A stretch of 62,166 bases of DNA, counting the filler, from Stramenopiles sp. TOSAG23-3 (taxonomy: Eukaryota): the NCBI GenBank assembly GCA_900128585.1. It is 6 parts of 6 records of this genome, joined end to end, with 100 filler letters (N's around TTAATTAATTAA, not from the genome) between each part and the next. Parts side by side here need not be neighbours in the genome. Positions count along the whole stretch, not along the records: positions 1 to 26,694 come from LT642270.1; 5 more parts are not named here. One strand, 5' to 3'. The translations under genes were made by a program, and so were the position numbers. Shown piece after piece: positions 10,125 to 22,600 of the stretch. The notes beneath the pieces are model-generated. The model saw only the letters and a list, made by a program, of their open reading frames with translations, was not told the DNA's origin and ran no database searches. The first letter of the stretch is position 1, and each line of letters opens with the position of its first letter.

Positions 10125-11648
10125 TTATTGGACAAATAGTGCTTCGCTTTGCATCCTCCTTTCTTTTAGCATATGGGACCCGTTGCACGTATTACCATAA
10201 TCACCCGGGGCAAAGCTCTCATAAGGAAAGACTTCAAAGCCATCAGGAGCGTAGGGAATGTCCGAAATTTGGAGTGGGCCATCCACTGTGTCGTCGCATG
10301 CTACGGTGTACAAAGTACTGCGTGCCTCTGGAACATTGTCATCGTCCATTTCGTCATACTCGTCGTTGTTATCATAACCAGGTGGCAAGCTGTTTTGTAA
10401 GACTTGCTGTAACGTTTCATCGTCAATGACCAAATCATGGTGCTTTGCTCTCCACTTAGTCACCTGGTTTATTAGCCCTTTTAAAAGCAGCTGTTGCTGG
10501 AATCGTGCATTGTTCGTGAGCTGGTGCATGTGATCGATGATCTTTTTCCCGTCCTCTTGACTGAGTTCCTTTCGATGAAAGTCTCGGTACACTTTTTCGC
10601 AAAGCGTCAATAGAGCCATCACGACAACCAACGATCTCCAAAATGATAGAACCTGGTACATGCGATCCGGATCGACTCTTAAATGGGCGAGGAGAGGGCG
10701 AAGTGCAATTGATTCTATGGCTACACAGGACGCCACCAGAACCCCAATCCGAATCCTTACAGCGCGCGTTGCCGGGGGAATCGTCAAGACATAGCCAGCT
10801 ATAGCAAACATGATGTAAAACACGACCGATTTTGCCGCCATGACATCCATAAATATATGCTCCGAATACGAATGCATCATCGACAGCATCGGCTCCAGGC
10901 GATCATCAATTGAAGAGGACAAGTGATCTAATTTTTTTAGTTGCTCATGGATTTTTTTTTGCCCAAGGAAGATTTTGCTGTTTACCGTCTCACTTTCGTC
11001 CTTAAGTTTAGTCAACGCCAGGGAGCTATGTTCCGTCAACGCGGTTTGGGTTTGTAACAATTTCTCTTCAATTCCCAAGGACGTCTTTAAGCCATCTTCG
11101 ATGCTTTTGTGGGTATCAAGTATGGAGGCTAAGGTATTTGTGAGGCCACTCATCGCATCACTCATGACGTGTATCTTCTCTTGACTCTTGGCTTGGCTAG
11201 ATTGAATCGCCGAGATAATTTCCGTGGCGGTCTGAATCGAATTACTGCGCTCGAGTGAGTCGCAGATTCTTTCAATATCAAGTTTGAAGGCAGTGAACGT
11301 TGAGAAGTCATTGTTCGTTTTCATATTTTTCGTGCAGCTGGTGTAGTCGTCAAAGTTGCAGTAGTACTTTGGGAGACCAGAGTCAGCTAGGTGACAATTG
11401 GTGGCTGCAATTGCTAAATTTGTTAGTTTCGCAGACGATAAATCTTCACAATTCTGTATGGAAAGCTCGGCGATCAAGCTTTGGCGACACTCTGACATCG
11501 GTAGTCGTGCTTGTATCCTTCGCAAAATTTCCGCAGGATTTATCGAACTCTTAGCAGTGGTTAACCACCCCATAGAAAATTTTCCGACAACCTTCGTCGC
11601 ACATAGGTGAAGACTCAAAACAGCTACCGCAAGGTATGCAAAGTTCAT
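10125..11648 (-). CDS. GEX1: GEX1/Brambleberry/Kar5 family nuclear-membrane fusion protein
   Basis: Signal peptide MNFAYLAVAV; Cys-rich domain C..CEDL..LAIAATNCHLADSG....C......CTKNM....F..F......ICD; coiled coil; three C-terminal TM helices. Confidence 0.85.
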   Translation of the reverse strand: MNFAYLAVAVLSLHLCATKVVGKFSMGWLTTAKSSINPAEILRRIQARLPMSECRQSLIAELSIQNCEDLSSAKLTNLAIAATNCHLADSGLPKYYCNFDDYTSCTKNMKTNNDFSTFTAFKLDIERICDSLERSNSIQTATEIISAIQSSQAKSQEKIHVMSDAMSGLTNTLASILDTHKSIEDGLKTSLGIEEKLLQTQTALTEHSSLALTKLKDESETVNSKIFLGQKKIHEQLKKLDHLSSSIDDRLEPMLSMMHSYSEHIFMDVMAAKSVVFYIMFAIAGYVLTIPPATRAVRIRIGVLVASCVAIESIALRPLLAHLRVDPDRMYQVLSFWRSLVVVMALLTLCEKVYRDFHRKELSQEDGKKIIDHMHQLTNNARFQQQLLLKGLINQVTKWRAKHHDLVIDDETLQQVLQNSLPPGYDNNDEYDEMDDDNVPEARSTLYTVACDDTVDGPLQISDIPYAPDGFEVFPYESFAPGDYGNTCNGSHMLKERRMQSEALFVQ

Positions 11649-12879
11649 TTCGTTACGGTATATTAAGCGTTCGCTGATGCGAGTGACTCTGCGGAAACGC
11701 GTTGATTTTTCGTGGAAATTGCCGTCCAAATACCACGCCCGTTTCTTAATATTTAGAGTATAAAAACACAAATATGGCACGGGTGCTTTTATCCAGAAAA
11801 TCGTATTATTTTCCTTTGCTTACATAACACTTAATCTTAAATTAAACCAAAAACTATTCCTTCAATGAATTCTGTGGATAGTGGATGGTAAAACCCAAGG
11901 AAACATTTTTAATAAACGCACGACGAAGACTTATTATTATTATATTTATTATTAATAATAAATAATTAAAAAAAATATATAATATAGGTGTGTAGTAGTG
12001 CAACTAATAGGAGTGGGTGTCTCCTCCTCTTCTATTCTTTTTTTGAGTTTTTCTCTTCTTCTTCTAACTAATAATGGTGTGCACTGTGTGTTAATAATCC
12101 GAGGTATTAGTATAGTGATTAGTAGTGTAAAATTGTATTATTTTATAATGATGCTTTCCTTATGTATTGTTAATAATTATTTTCCTATAACAATCATAAT
12201 GGGAATTCTTCTTCTTCTTTGATTCATTTTTTTATTTTTAATTAATATATATATATAGAAATAGCAAGTTATACTGTGTGATATTATTTATTACCATAAT
12301 AATAAAGAAAAAATAAGTTGTACGGGGGACGGGGGGGGGGGGTGTTCCTCGTCTTTTTGTTGTACTTGTAGAATAAATATATATAAACTAAGGATTAAAC
12401 TAGCCAATTAAAATCGGAAAGGAACGGAACCCTGAACTGAACTGAACTATTTTCAGTCAAAATAAACAAAACATTTACACAGGCATATAATATGTAAAAT
12501 CGGAAGAATGCAACTCATACGGAAAAAAAAAAAAGTGTACGAACCGGAAAAAATAATAATACCTGGTACAACTACAAACTACAGGCACTATGGCATCCTG
12601 GCCACTATGGTGACACTCTACTATGGAATAATAATATTTATAATGGCGCGGGGTTGGTTTGTTGTTGTTGTTAATAGTCATCATGGCATTTGCTTTGTTG
12701 CCAGCTTTGTTGGTGTCTGACTGAGAGTGACCCCCCCCCACGTTTGATCTACCAATCGATTAGTTTTGAAACATGTCATGCGTGCCGAATATAGAGTAAA
12801 ATTTTGTTTCTGTTGAGTGGACGATTGTTACCGTTCCCTACTTCTTGGCTGAATTGACGTATACAAAAAAAAATAAACA

Positions 12880-15800
12880 ATGAGTAACCACAGTGGCAGT
12901 TCTGCCTTGACCGGTTTAGTCGAGTCGATAGAGCAGCATAAAAAGTTTGGTGGTCTCTTAAAATATTCGATCAATTGCGTAGTTGCCTTGATCACCCCCC
13001 CGAATCCTGATGCAACGGTAAACGTGAGGGAACTTGTTTCCAGCGGTGGTCTGGAAGCTCTTGTTTCAGCAGCACAGGAGCATCCAGGGAACGCAGAAGT
13101 GTTGGAGATAGCCACCTCAATACTCACCAAGTGTGCTGGTGAGGAAGACTTGTTGAGCACGATTTGTGAAAGTGGCGCATGTCAAAATTTGCTCTCTTTG
13201 GTTTCAAGAGTTCCGGAATTAGGCGGATCGAAAGACCAACTGATTGATATCATCCATAACATGGCGAACACGGAGGAAAACATCGTGAAACTCGTCGACA
13301 ACGGTGCTATCCCAACGTTTGTGGATATGTTGAACACTGACATACAGTCGTCGGCACCAATTGAATCTATTTCTCGGGATGTAAACATACTAGCAAAGCT
13401 TGTGAAAGTGGACGGGGCTATTGAGCAATTCATTGGTAGCAATGGGGTTAATATTACGTTGGAATTGTTGGGCAGGAGCAAAGAATCCCAGAGCCTTACG
13501 TTTGGAGTCCTGTCTATATTGCGCATCGCAGCTCAAGACGAGAGCATGGTTGATTTGATCAAGCAAAATGATGGTATTGTGACCATTGTGCACGCTATGG
13601 AGGAACACTACACCCGCGAGGACTTGCTGGTAGAGGGTGGCAAGCTCTTGTCAAGTCTATGTTCCAGCAACGATATCGATGAGGCGATGAACATCTTGGA
13701 AAACCCATCATCTAACAATGCGCAACGAATGTATGCTGCAGCAATTATTAGCAACCTTTCGCTGGACGAGCAGCTCATCCAAAACATTATTCAGCGGAAC
13801 GGCATTGAGACGTTGCTTGGTCTAATCGACGACACTGGAGATAATGTCGGCAACATCGCTGTCCGTGCTTTGGGCCGACTTGCGGCGACGGAAGAAGGCC
13901 TCGAGCAGCTGTTAAAACACAATGGCGTAACCGCTATATTGGGCGCGCTCAACAACCGCAGAAGTAGCAGCGAGATGCTTGTCTCGGCAGTGTTGACCTT
14001 CAAAGCTTTGGCTCAATCCGAAGGTGGAGTCGAAGCGATGATCGAGTCTGGCGGCCTTGTATCAATATTGGACTCTGTTAGAAATTCACCGCAGGATACA
14101 AATGCAATGGAGTGCATGCTGTCATGCTTGAATAGCATGATAGACCAGCCAGCTATTTTCGAAATTATGAACAACGAACAGAATATTCAGATGATGCTCG
14201 ATGCTGTAAATGCGCACCCTGATTCTCAAGATATTACAAAGAGTGTGGCCTCGATCTTAAGCAAGTTGGCCGAGGACGATGACCGGGTGAATGACATATG
14301 TTCTTCCGAGGGCATCACAGTGATGCTGAAATGTCTCGAGCATAATCTGGATGATCTAGAGACGGTTGTGAAATGTTTCAGTGTTATTTCAAAGTTGGTT
14401 TACAATTCCACAAAGCTTTCACCCGAGGCATGCATTTTGGTTTCGAAAGCAGTAAAGCGGCACGCATCAGATACCACTGTTTTTGACTTGGGAAAGTACA
14501 TTGTGAACTTCAATTTGGACGACAGTATGCTTGAGTTAGCGCAGAAACGACTGAAAAAATGCACCCGCGACTTAAAATTTATAGACACAGACGAAAGCGA
14601 TGGAGTCAAGTCGACGGCCGACACATTTGCTCTAATTGAAAGCTTCGGGCTAAACGAGCCCGTTGTTGAAAATGTTAATTCGGACTCGTTTGTGAAGAGC
14701 ATGGTTTCTTTTGTTCGGACTGGGAAAGACTTGAGCATTGAAACTCCTAACACTGCTAGGGACAAACTGCTGCTGCTGGCCATTGAGGCGACTACAAGAA
14801 TTTGTTCCGCATCGGCAGTCTTTGCAGAAAAGATTGCTTTGGCAAATATTGCTGGTATGCTGTCCATTTACAAAGGAGACCTTGCGCCAACCGAAAACGC
14901 AAGGGCAGTAGCGATGCTGTTTGCAAGCATTATCGAAAATACCAAACACTCAAAAAGCGCGACGAGTACTTTGACCAGCGGCGGCTGCCTTGCAACGATG
15001 CTGGCGATCAGCGATGTCAACAGAGACAGCGAGGAGCTAAATGCTGCCTGCATTTCTGCGCTGTTGTCTACGTGCCAGGACTTGGAAACCGCACAGCAGT
15101 TTGTTCGCAGTGTAGGGTCGAAAGCACTCGTACAGTCAGGAATCCTATCTATTGCGATTAGCAATTTAGCCAAGGGCGATGCACATAGTCTAAACGCAAT
15201 TCATTTCCTTCAAGCCGCTGCAAAAATTCCCACCTTGATGAGTGCAGCGATAGAACTAGGCGTGTTAGACAGCCTTCGAAATGTAGTTTCCTCAGGAGGG
15301 TCTTCTGGATGGGCGTCGGTTGTAGACGAGAGCACAGGAAAAACATATTATTACAACAAGGACACTCAAGAAACGAGCTGGGAAAACCCTATTTCAGATG
15401 GAACAGGCATCGCCTCCCGCAACCTTTTGCCCGCGGCCGAACTCATTAACACCTTTGGTGCGGGTCTTAAGCCGAAACAGGCAGTTGAGTTGGGGGGAGC
15501 GGAAATGATTATTTTGTCTACAAAGACGTTGCTTCGAGGGTACACAGGCGCGGCCGAGGAGCGAGACGTTCTACTTTCTTCGCTTGATACGTTGTCGGAG
15601 ATGGCAAAAATTGACCCGTCTAGCGTTATGCTGAACGGTGGAGTCGAAATATTGGACGATGCAATCCGATTATTTTATGACGATGAAGATGTGCTCACCG
15701 CTTGCGCAAAAGTGTTTGCAAATCTGACAAAGTCTCCGGGCGGAAATGCAGAAATCATTGGTTCGGCTGGCCTTTCGCATTTAGTGGCATACTTGGCATC

Positions 15801-18378
15801 GTCTCCACAATCCGCATCTTTAGGAAAGTATATGATCGCTTCATTAGACCACTTATGCAAAGACAAATCATCTATCGAAAGCGTTTCAGGGTTAGATGTT
15901 GTACCAGCAGTTCAATCATTCCTATCAACATGCCAAGACAATGGGAAGCTGACTGCAGCCGGAGACCGAATCTTGACCGCCACCGCTTCTCGGGCAAGGG
16001 GCGCTACTATTTCGTTTGACGATTCTGTTGCATTTATTTCTGATGGTTTTGAAAATAGAAATGGCAAAGACGTGCTAAATGCGTTGGAAGCTTTGAGCCA
16101 GAAAGTCGTGTCTGAAGATGGGATGGACAGTAAACTTGTTGCCACTGGTGCAGTTCGCAATGTATTAAGCGTATGTCTGGGCGACAGTACGTCGCCAGAA
16201 GCCGTCACGCAAGGTGTATCATTATTAGGATTGGTCCACAAGAACGCCGAAGTTGTCAATTTACTTCAGATGAACAACAACATACCAAAACTTCTTGCCA
16301 CAGCCAGAAAACACCACGACAATGCGAATGTAGTCAAGGGGATAATGAAGCTCTTAACAAAGCTGGCGGTGAACGATGTTTTAAAGCTGGCAATAATTTC
16401 AGAAGGTGGGGTGAACTTTTTGATCGAAACGATCGAGAAATACATGGAAAACATTGCAATTCTAGCTTCCTGCGTTTCGACGTTAGCGAACCTCTCGTAC
16501 AACAACTTGGAAGTGGCAGAAATTATTGTGGCGAATGATACTGTCCCTGCAATTGAGGCAGTCATGCAGCGCCACATTGATTCGATGTCACTGTTGTCGC
16601 GATGTCTTGTAACTTTGTCAAATCTAATGTTCAAAAATGACGAGCACACAATTATCATTTGCCAAGCGTGTGGAGACGAGATCGTGCATATGATTAGAAT
16701 GCATGGGGACCAGCCAGAGGTTTTGGCCAGTGGCCTTCGGGCACTAGGGACCCTGGTATATTGCGAAAAGAATATCCCAATTATCGTTGGAGAAGGCGCA
16801 ACGAAAGCTATTATTGATAGCATGAGGAAAAACCAAGAGGATGAAGACAACCTTTTGATGGCAGTTCACTGCTTAAGCAATTTGTCTGCAGAAGTTTTTG
16901 CCGTAGCAGAGGCCCCGGACTCGTGCGGAAAAGATTTCCATCCTCGGCGTCATGGCGAATCCACGACCCAAGTGATGGTCGACGAGGGGGCCATTGATAT
17001 TTTGCTAGAAACTATGCGTGATTTTGATTACAACAGCGCGTTGGGCATTGCGTGCATGGAAGTCATCCCCAATATATGCGACTCACCTGAGTATGCAGAC
17101 ATGGCCATTCAGCAAGGGGTCACTAGCACAGTGCTTCATTTGCTGCAGCAGCATGATTGGGATAACGAGATTGTCTGTGCTGGGTTTACATGTTTGTCAT
17201 CTGTGTGCGAACTGGCGCTGGAGACCGGCACTAGTGGAATCATAACAGATTACATCACCGAGGAGAATATAAAAATGATTACGACAATTCTGGAAAATAT
17301 TGATTCCGACGAGCACGAAGAGGCCTTTCGAAGCCTCGTGGAACTTTTGCAACTATTTCTTGCAGGAAATGCCGACAATGCAAAAATAATTGCAAACAAC
17401 GGTGTTATTAAAGCCCTTCTGAAACTGATCCAGAACAACACTTCGGTAAAGAGCTATATATGCGACGGGTGTCCTTTGCTGACCACGATTGCTCACGTTG
17501 AAGGATTTGCCCAATTTATAGCAAAGGAAGGCATGTATTTGTTTTGTGAATGCTTAAAGTTGCACATCGAAGATACGGCAGTATTAAAGTTTGTGTTTGA
17601 TCTTTTAGGCGCTTTGGCTTTTGAGAACGAGAACCTTCCGATCATTGTCCAGTTTAATGGGCAAAAGCTTATCGTAGATGCAGTCTGCTCTCACCCCCAT
17701 GACACTAAAATGATTTTAAGTGCCATCCACACTTTAGAAAATATTGCGATGGGAGATGCGGAATACTGCAGAATAGCGCTGGATGCAGGAGCAAAAGAGT
17801 GCGCGGAAGCGCTTTTGGAAGCGTACGAAGATGACGAGGACGTGATTCAAGCTTGCAAATCCACCCTTCTGACATTTTCTGCAATGAGCGCAGGAAAGTT
17901 TAATGCAGAGTTGGACCCTGAGACCCTGGAGCGAAGACGAAATGTTCGATCCAGAACTTTGACGAACAAATACCGTTCTAACTCGGCTCTGAACACCGAG
18001 ACGTTTCTAGATCAGCATCGCCGTGCCTTGGTATCAGGAGCAGTGATGGTAAAACACCACAAAAGCAATGCCCCACGAAAGCGTTTAGTGTACGTCACGA
18101 AAGATTTCAGCGAAATTCGCTGGAAAGAAGACGGGGGGAAGAAGGACAAGGGCTCGCTGAAGTTGAGAGAAGTGACAAAGATTATAGTTGGGGCGACGAC
18201 AAAACCATTGTGTAGAAAACATATCATCAGGGCCAATCCCAAGCCCGCATGTTGTTTTACGATTAAGGCTCGTAGTCGTGACTTAGACTTAGAATTACCC
18301 ACTGAAAAAGATAGAGACCGATGGAACCAAATGTTGATATCACTTCTTCAGTTTAGAGCCGACAAACGTTTAGAATGA
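12880..18378 (+). CDS. Large armadillo-repeat protein with internal WW domain and C-terminal PH domain
   Basis: 1832 aa; many ARM repeats (GGLEALV, GAIPTFV, GVNFLI); WW GWASVVDESTGKTYYYNKDTQETSWENP (~15307-15390); PLC-type PH at C-terminus. Confidence 0.85.
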   Translation: MSNHSGSSALTGLVESIEQHKKFGGLLKYSINCVVALITPPNPDATVNVRELVSSGGLEALVSAAQEHPGNAEVLEIATSILTKCAGEEDLLSTICESGACQNLLSLVSRVPELGGSKDQLIDIIHNMANTEENIVKLVDNGAIPTFVDMLNTDIQSSAPIESISRDVNILAKLVKVDGAIEQFIGSNGVNITLELLGRSKESQSLTFGVLSILRIAAQDESMVDLIKQNDGIVTIVHAMEEHYTREDLLVEGGKLLSSLCSSNDIDEAMNILENPSSNNAQRMYAAAIISNLSLDEQLIQNIIQRNGIETLLGLIDDTGDNVGNIAVRALGRLAATEEGLEQLLKHNGVTAILGALNNRRSSSEMLVSAVLTFKALAQSEGGVEAMIESGGLVSILDSVRNSPQDTNAMECMLSCLNSMIDQPAIFEIMNNEQNIQMMLDAVNAHPDSQDITKSVASILSKLAEDDDRVNDICSSEGITVMLKCLEHNLDDLETVVKCFSVISKLVYNSTKLSPEACILVSKAVKRHASDTTVFDLGKYIVNFNLDDSMLELAQKRLKKCTRDLKFIDTDESDGVKSTADTFALIESFGLNEPVVENVNSDSFVKSMVSFVRTGKDLSIETPNTARDKLLLLAIEATTRICSASAVFAEKIALANIAGMLSIYKGDLAPTENARAVAMLFASIIENTKHSKSATSTLTSGGCLATMLAISDVNRDSEELNAACISALLSTCQDLETAQQFVRSVGSKALVQSGILSIAISNLAKGDAHSLNAIHFLQAAAKIPTLMSAAIELGVLDSLRNVVSSGGSSGWASVVDESTGKTYYYNKDTQETSWENPISDGTGIASRNLLPAAELINTFGAGLKPKQAVELGGAEMIILSTKTLLRGYTGAAEERDVLLSSLDTLSEMAKIDPSSVMLNGGVEILDDAIRLFYDDEDVLTACAKVFANLTKSPGGNAEIIGSAGLSHLVAYLASSPQSASLGKYMIASLDHLCKDKSSIESVSGLDVVPAVQSFLSTCQDNGKLTAAGDRILTATASRARGATISFDDSVAFISDGFENRNGKDVLNALEALSQKVVSEDGMDSKLVATGAVRNVLSVCLGDSTSPEAVTQGVSLLGLVHKNAEVVNLLQMNNNIPKLLATARKHHDNANVVKGIMKLLTKLAVNDVLKLAIISEGGVNFLIETIEKYMENIAILASCVSTLANLSYNNLEVAEIIVANDTVPAIEAVMQRHIDSMSLLSRCLVTLSNLMFKNDEHTIIICQACGDEIVHMIRMHGDQPEVLASGLRALGTLVYCEKNIPIIVGEGATKAIIDSMRKNQEDEDNLLMAVHCLSNLSAEVFAVAEAPDSCGKDFHPRRHGESTTQVMVDEGAIDILLETMRDFDYNSALGIACMEVIPNICDSPEYADMAIQQGVTSTVLHLLQQHDWDNEIVCAGFTCLSSVCELALETGTSGIITDYITEENIKMITTILENIDSDEHEEAFRSLVELLQLFLAGNADNAKIIANNGVIKALLKLIQNNTSVKSYICDGCPLLTTIAHVEGFAQFIAKEGMYLFCECLKLHIEDTAVLKFVFDLLGALAFENENLPIIVQFNGQKLIVDAVCSHPHDTKMILSAIHTLENIAMGDAEYCRIALDAGAKECAEALLEAYEDDEDVIQACKSTLLTFSAMSAGKFNAELDPETLERRRNVRSRTLTNKYRSNSALNTETFLDQHRRALVSGAVMVKHHKSNAPRKRLVYVTKDFSEIRWKEDGGKKDKGSLKLREVTKIIVGATTKPLCRKHIIRANPKPACCFTIKARSRDLDLELPTEKDRDRWNQMLISLLQFRADKRLE

Positions 18379-18562
18379 ATTTTATCTTAAATATCTCTTA
18401 GTAGACTTGGATCTTCAGAAAATACATTTACACAGGTTTATGTATACGAACCCGAAACGATCAAACTCAATACNNNNNNNNNNNNNNNNNNNNNNNNNNN
18501 NNNNNNNNNNNNNNNNNNNNNNNNNNNNNNNNNNNNNNNNNNNNNNNNNNNNNNNNNNNNNN

Positions 18563-18639
18563 CATTGTTCTTGAACTGACACCTTCTTTTTTTCTTTTTA
18601 ATTTTAATTACTTAAATAACAGCCAATTTTCTTGTTTTT
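18563..18639 (+). mobile_element. T-tailed repeat core (18606-18639) with GTTCTTGAACTGACACC head
   Basis: Exact 34-bp core; the head also occurs inverted at ~3905-3930. Confidence 0.7.
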
Positions 18640-19615
18640 ATCTCTTATCTTATATTTCGGATTATTGAATTTTATTGTAATTCCTCAGATAACAACTGAA
18701 TGAGCACCACAGCGTATTGACATGATAGTAGATATTAGACTAATATTTACAGAGTTTATCGTAGACTATGAAAAAAAAAGTAAAAAAAAAAGAAATGCAT
18801 CTTCAACAGGGACGTAGTGGGAAATTTCGTCTAACCGCATTCATTTCGTGATTCTTTGCAGCAGGTATTTATGAACAAATATGAGTAAACCCCGCGCGAT
18901 TTTCTTTTCTTCTTTCTACGTATTCCATGTGCTGGTACTGATATTCATCCTTTTCTTCCTTCTATTGCATTATATGATCTGATCTGATTTTTGGTTCAAT
19001 AATCACCCTTCAATTCTATTCAGCTTGTTGGTAATATTACTTATAGTAATGAAATAGTCTTAAAATAGGAAAAAGTGAATTTTTCATCTCTCCTATTTTT
19101 AGTCGTCTGCTTCTCTGATAGTCTATCTACATCTCATTCGTTCTATTATGTAAAACATTGCCTTCCTTTTACTTATTTCCCTATTGTAAGGCTAATATAT
19201 CATTTCGTTTTTCCTTTTCCTGTTGTATTGCCATTGTATTGTCATTGGTCACCGCGTCTTTTTTATTATCCTTCGAACCTATAGCTCATAGGCATATATG
19301 ATATCATCATGTTTTATTATTAATTATATTATTAGAGTTTTTTCTTCTTCTTATTTTAAATGATCTTTTATTTTTGTACTACCGGTACGGTACTATAACT
19401 ATGATGAATGGCAATAATAATAATAATTATTATTATTATTTTTTATTAATTTTATTATTATTGATTTATTAAAATTTCTTCTTTTAATTGATGGTTTCAT
19501 TGAATGATTGCTCTAAACTTCTTCACTATATGAAATGAAAATAAACATAATTTCTCAAGTCCCGAAGTTGTCTTTGGGAGGGTCGTTAAAGTTAGCGAGA
19601 AGTCGTCTCCCGGGT

Positions 19616-22600
19616 ATGGCAAATACTACTAAATTTGCATTTGTTTTGGTCCTCCTCTACCTTTGGGCAATTGGAGGCACAAATGCTAACACGCTAGGAG
19701 ATACCACCCGGACACTTGTCCCGGCAGACAATAGAGCAGGGGTAGTAACAACATTGGCGATAACAGTAAATGCCTTCTCAACTCCACTTATAAGCGGGGA
19801 TAAAGTCGTAATAGACGGATTACCGAGCAATTGGGAGCTTAACAGTGGCAGTAATACTGCCTGCTCTATGACACATAATAGCGACAGCAAAACCATTTCA
19901 AGCACGAGCACAAATGGGACTACAATTACTGTCACAATAGGGGAACCAGTAACAAATCAGACCACGGAAACAATTATCAGCTGTTCAAATGTAAAAACAG
20001 GCAACCACGAAGCCAATGCAGTCACATCGATAGAAATTACCACCATGAACGCTTCCAACAGCATCCGCGACACGACATCTAGTGGAGTCCTTAGCGCAAT
20101 CGTTCCAAATACATTAGGAAGTACGACAAAATCGATTGTTCCTAACGATAACAAAGCCGGATCAGTGACAACACTTGTTACAACGATTAACAAATTATCA
20201 AATGGGCTTATTTCAGGTGATAAAATAGAAATTGGACCGTTGCCTAGTAATTGGATATTGGATAGTGGAAGTAGTACATCATGCACAGTGGTACACAATT
20301 CTGTAAGCAAAACGGTATCGAGTACTAGTGCGAGTGGGACTACAATAGTTGTCGTACTTGGGCAATCACGTGACAGTTGAGCACACGAGAATGGTATGCC
20401 AAACTGCAAGTATATTGGCCAACAAAAGGCGTACAAATTTAAATTGGCAAGTTAGTGTGGCCGGGGTAAAAAGTTTCATGTCTTCTACATCATCAACTGT
20501 TACTTACTGGGCCATGGATTCTTTAGAAGTGATTGGCTACCAATGTTCTCCGAACCTGCATTACAAAATGAATATCGATTCAGTTCAACCATCGGGTGGT
20601 CTTGCATCAGGAGAAACCTTGGTTACGATAAATGGATTGTTTCCTACTGATAAGTCACTCTGGTGCAAATTTGACGGAATTAATGCCATTGGTATTATGA
20701 ATATTACCAGCAACTCTATTGTGTGTATTAGTCCTCCGATCACTCTAACTGGACAATCAAAATTTGTTTCCGTTGAAGTTGGAGCGTGTGGGTTGAACAA
20801 CGTGATTTCTACCAACAAATACTTCTATTATGCGGTCCCACAACTACAACTGGTGACCCCTCCAAGGATTCCGTTAACTCTTGGTAGTGACAAAACAGTG
20901 TACCTAGAAACTAAATCCATTACGCCAACAACCGTAAACGGAGAAACCTACCCACTGAATAAGGTAAAAATCAAATGGTTTCTGAACGATACTTCGGGAA
21001 GCGACAATACGGGGATATCAAAGGCTCAACTCAGTTATATTGAAGAACTATTATTTAAACTACCAGAGTTTACGTTCAAAGGCACGCTATCAGAGGCTCT
21101 ACCCTTTTCACGCCGGGCCCACACCTTAAGATATCAATCGTTTTACTCTTGGTCACAACTGCAGGAAATCGGATACAGTTCTGGAGATGTTGTAGGGTCA
21201 ATGTTCTTGAAGAGTAAAACGTGCGTGGCAGGATTTTTTGAAAATGTGGTTGTTGCTATTAAAGACATCGATTCGCTAAGTGATGCGATGGACGGATTCT
21301 ATCTAGACGGGGGTATGGAAACTGGCGATAAAGTTTTTTCTTCAAACACGTTTTCACTTGAGAACAAAAACTTATCCTGCAGCGACGGTGGATGGTTTGA
21401 AATGGTATCTTGGTGGAAATATCTACAAATTATGCGAGCGGTAATAGGGAACCAGAAGTTCTTAAAGGATTAGTCTTTAAGCAAAGCAAAGTGCATCAAT
21501 CTATACGGTGGACTGGGGACCTCAGAGAGGAAATCTGGCCTTTTGATTCGGCCCGAAGAAAGGGTCTGTTTAGAAAGTACGTATCAAAAGACCAAAGGAT
21601 ACCGGCAATAAAGTTTTGTTCTCCCGAAAAGACGTGCAAACAGCGAATGTGTGTGCACGGCAAGATATCGATTCCGAACTTGCTTCATGAAAGCAGTGAA
21701 ATACCACTCGATTTGGCTTTCACTTTAAACGGCCAACAATTTAACATGGACTTTCAGTACTTATTGGTACCCCCCAAAGGATTTACAGGCATGGGAAATC
21801 TGGTCGCTGTTAATCCACCGCTTGGGCCAAAGACAGGGGATACAAAAGTGAAGCTTACATTTGAAAAGCCCATACCTCCATATATAGTAGATTTACACTA
21901 TGACATTACAATGATAATGCACGCGTCCCGCACATCAGACTCTGAAACATTTTCTCTGAGGGAAGAAAACGGGATCAACAAGTATTATTGTACATGTGAA
22001 CTGCTTCAAGTTGCAAGTAATGCTGTTGAAATTGAGTGTGTTACTCCACCAATGATAATTCCAGATACTCTATTTTATCATGCGCGAGTTTCACTAAATG
22101 GATTTGATTTTGAAAGCGATGGCACCGCGTTTCAAGTGTACGAACTCCCCACTATTAATCAAATATTACCAGGGTCAGGACCTGCATTTGGTGGCAACAT
22201 TATTAATATTAGTGGATCAAATTTTATTTTGTATGCGCGAGACCCATCCTTGTTAGTATGTCGCTGGGGAAGAGAATGCTTATCCGGAGAAGCAAACTGC
22301 TACTCATATGAAAACACCAAACTCCAACATTCATTAGAGGTTGAGCAGGGCGTAGAAGTAGTTTCCACTGCGCGTTACATTGATACTGGAATAATTGAGT
22401 GTGCTGCCCCGCCCAGACCTCCTGGTCGATGGCAAATTTTTGTGTCTAATAACCGGCAGAACTTTTTCTCTATCGATGGAATTCAGTCACAATATCAATA
22501 TAAAACATGTGATCGGGGAACTGAGGCACTGTTTTATTTTCACCCATGCACAAAGTGCAAGCCTGGCAAATTCGATTCAGATCCTCAGCGACCGCAAAGG

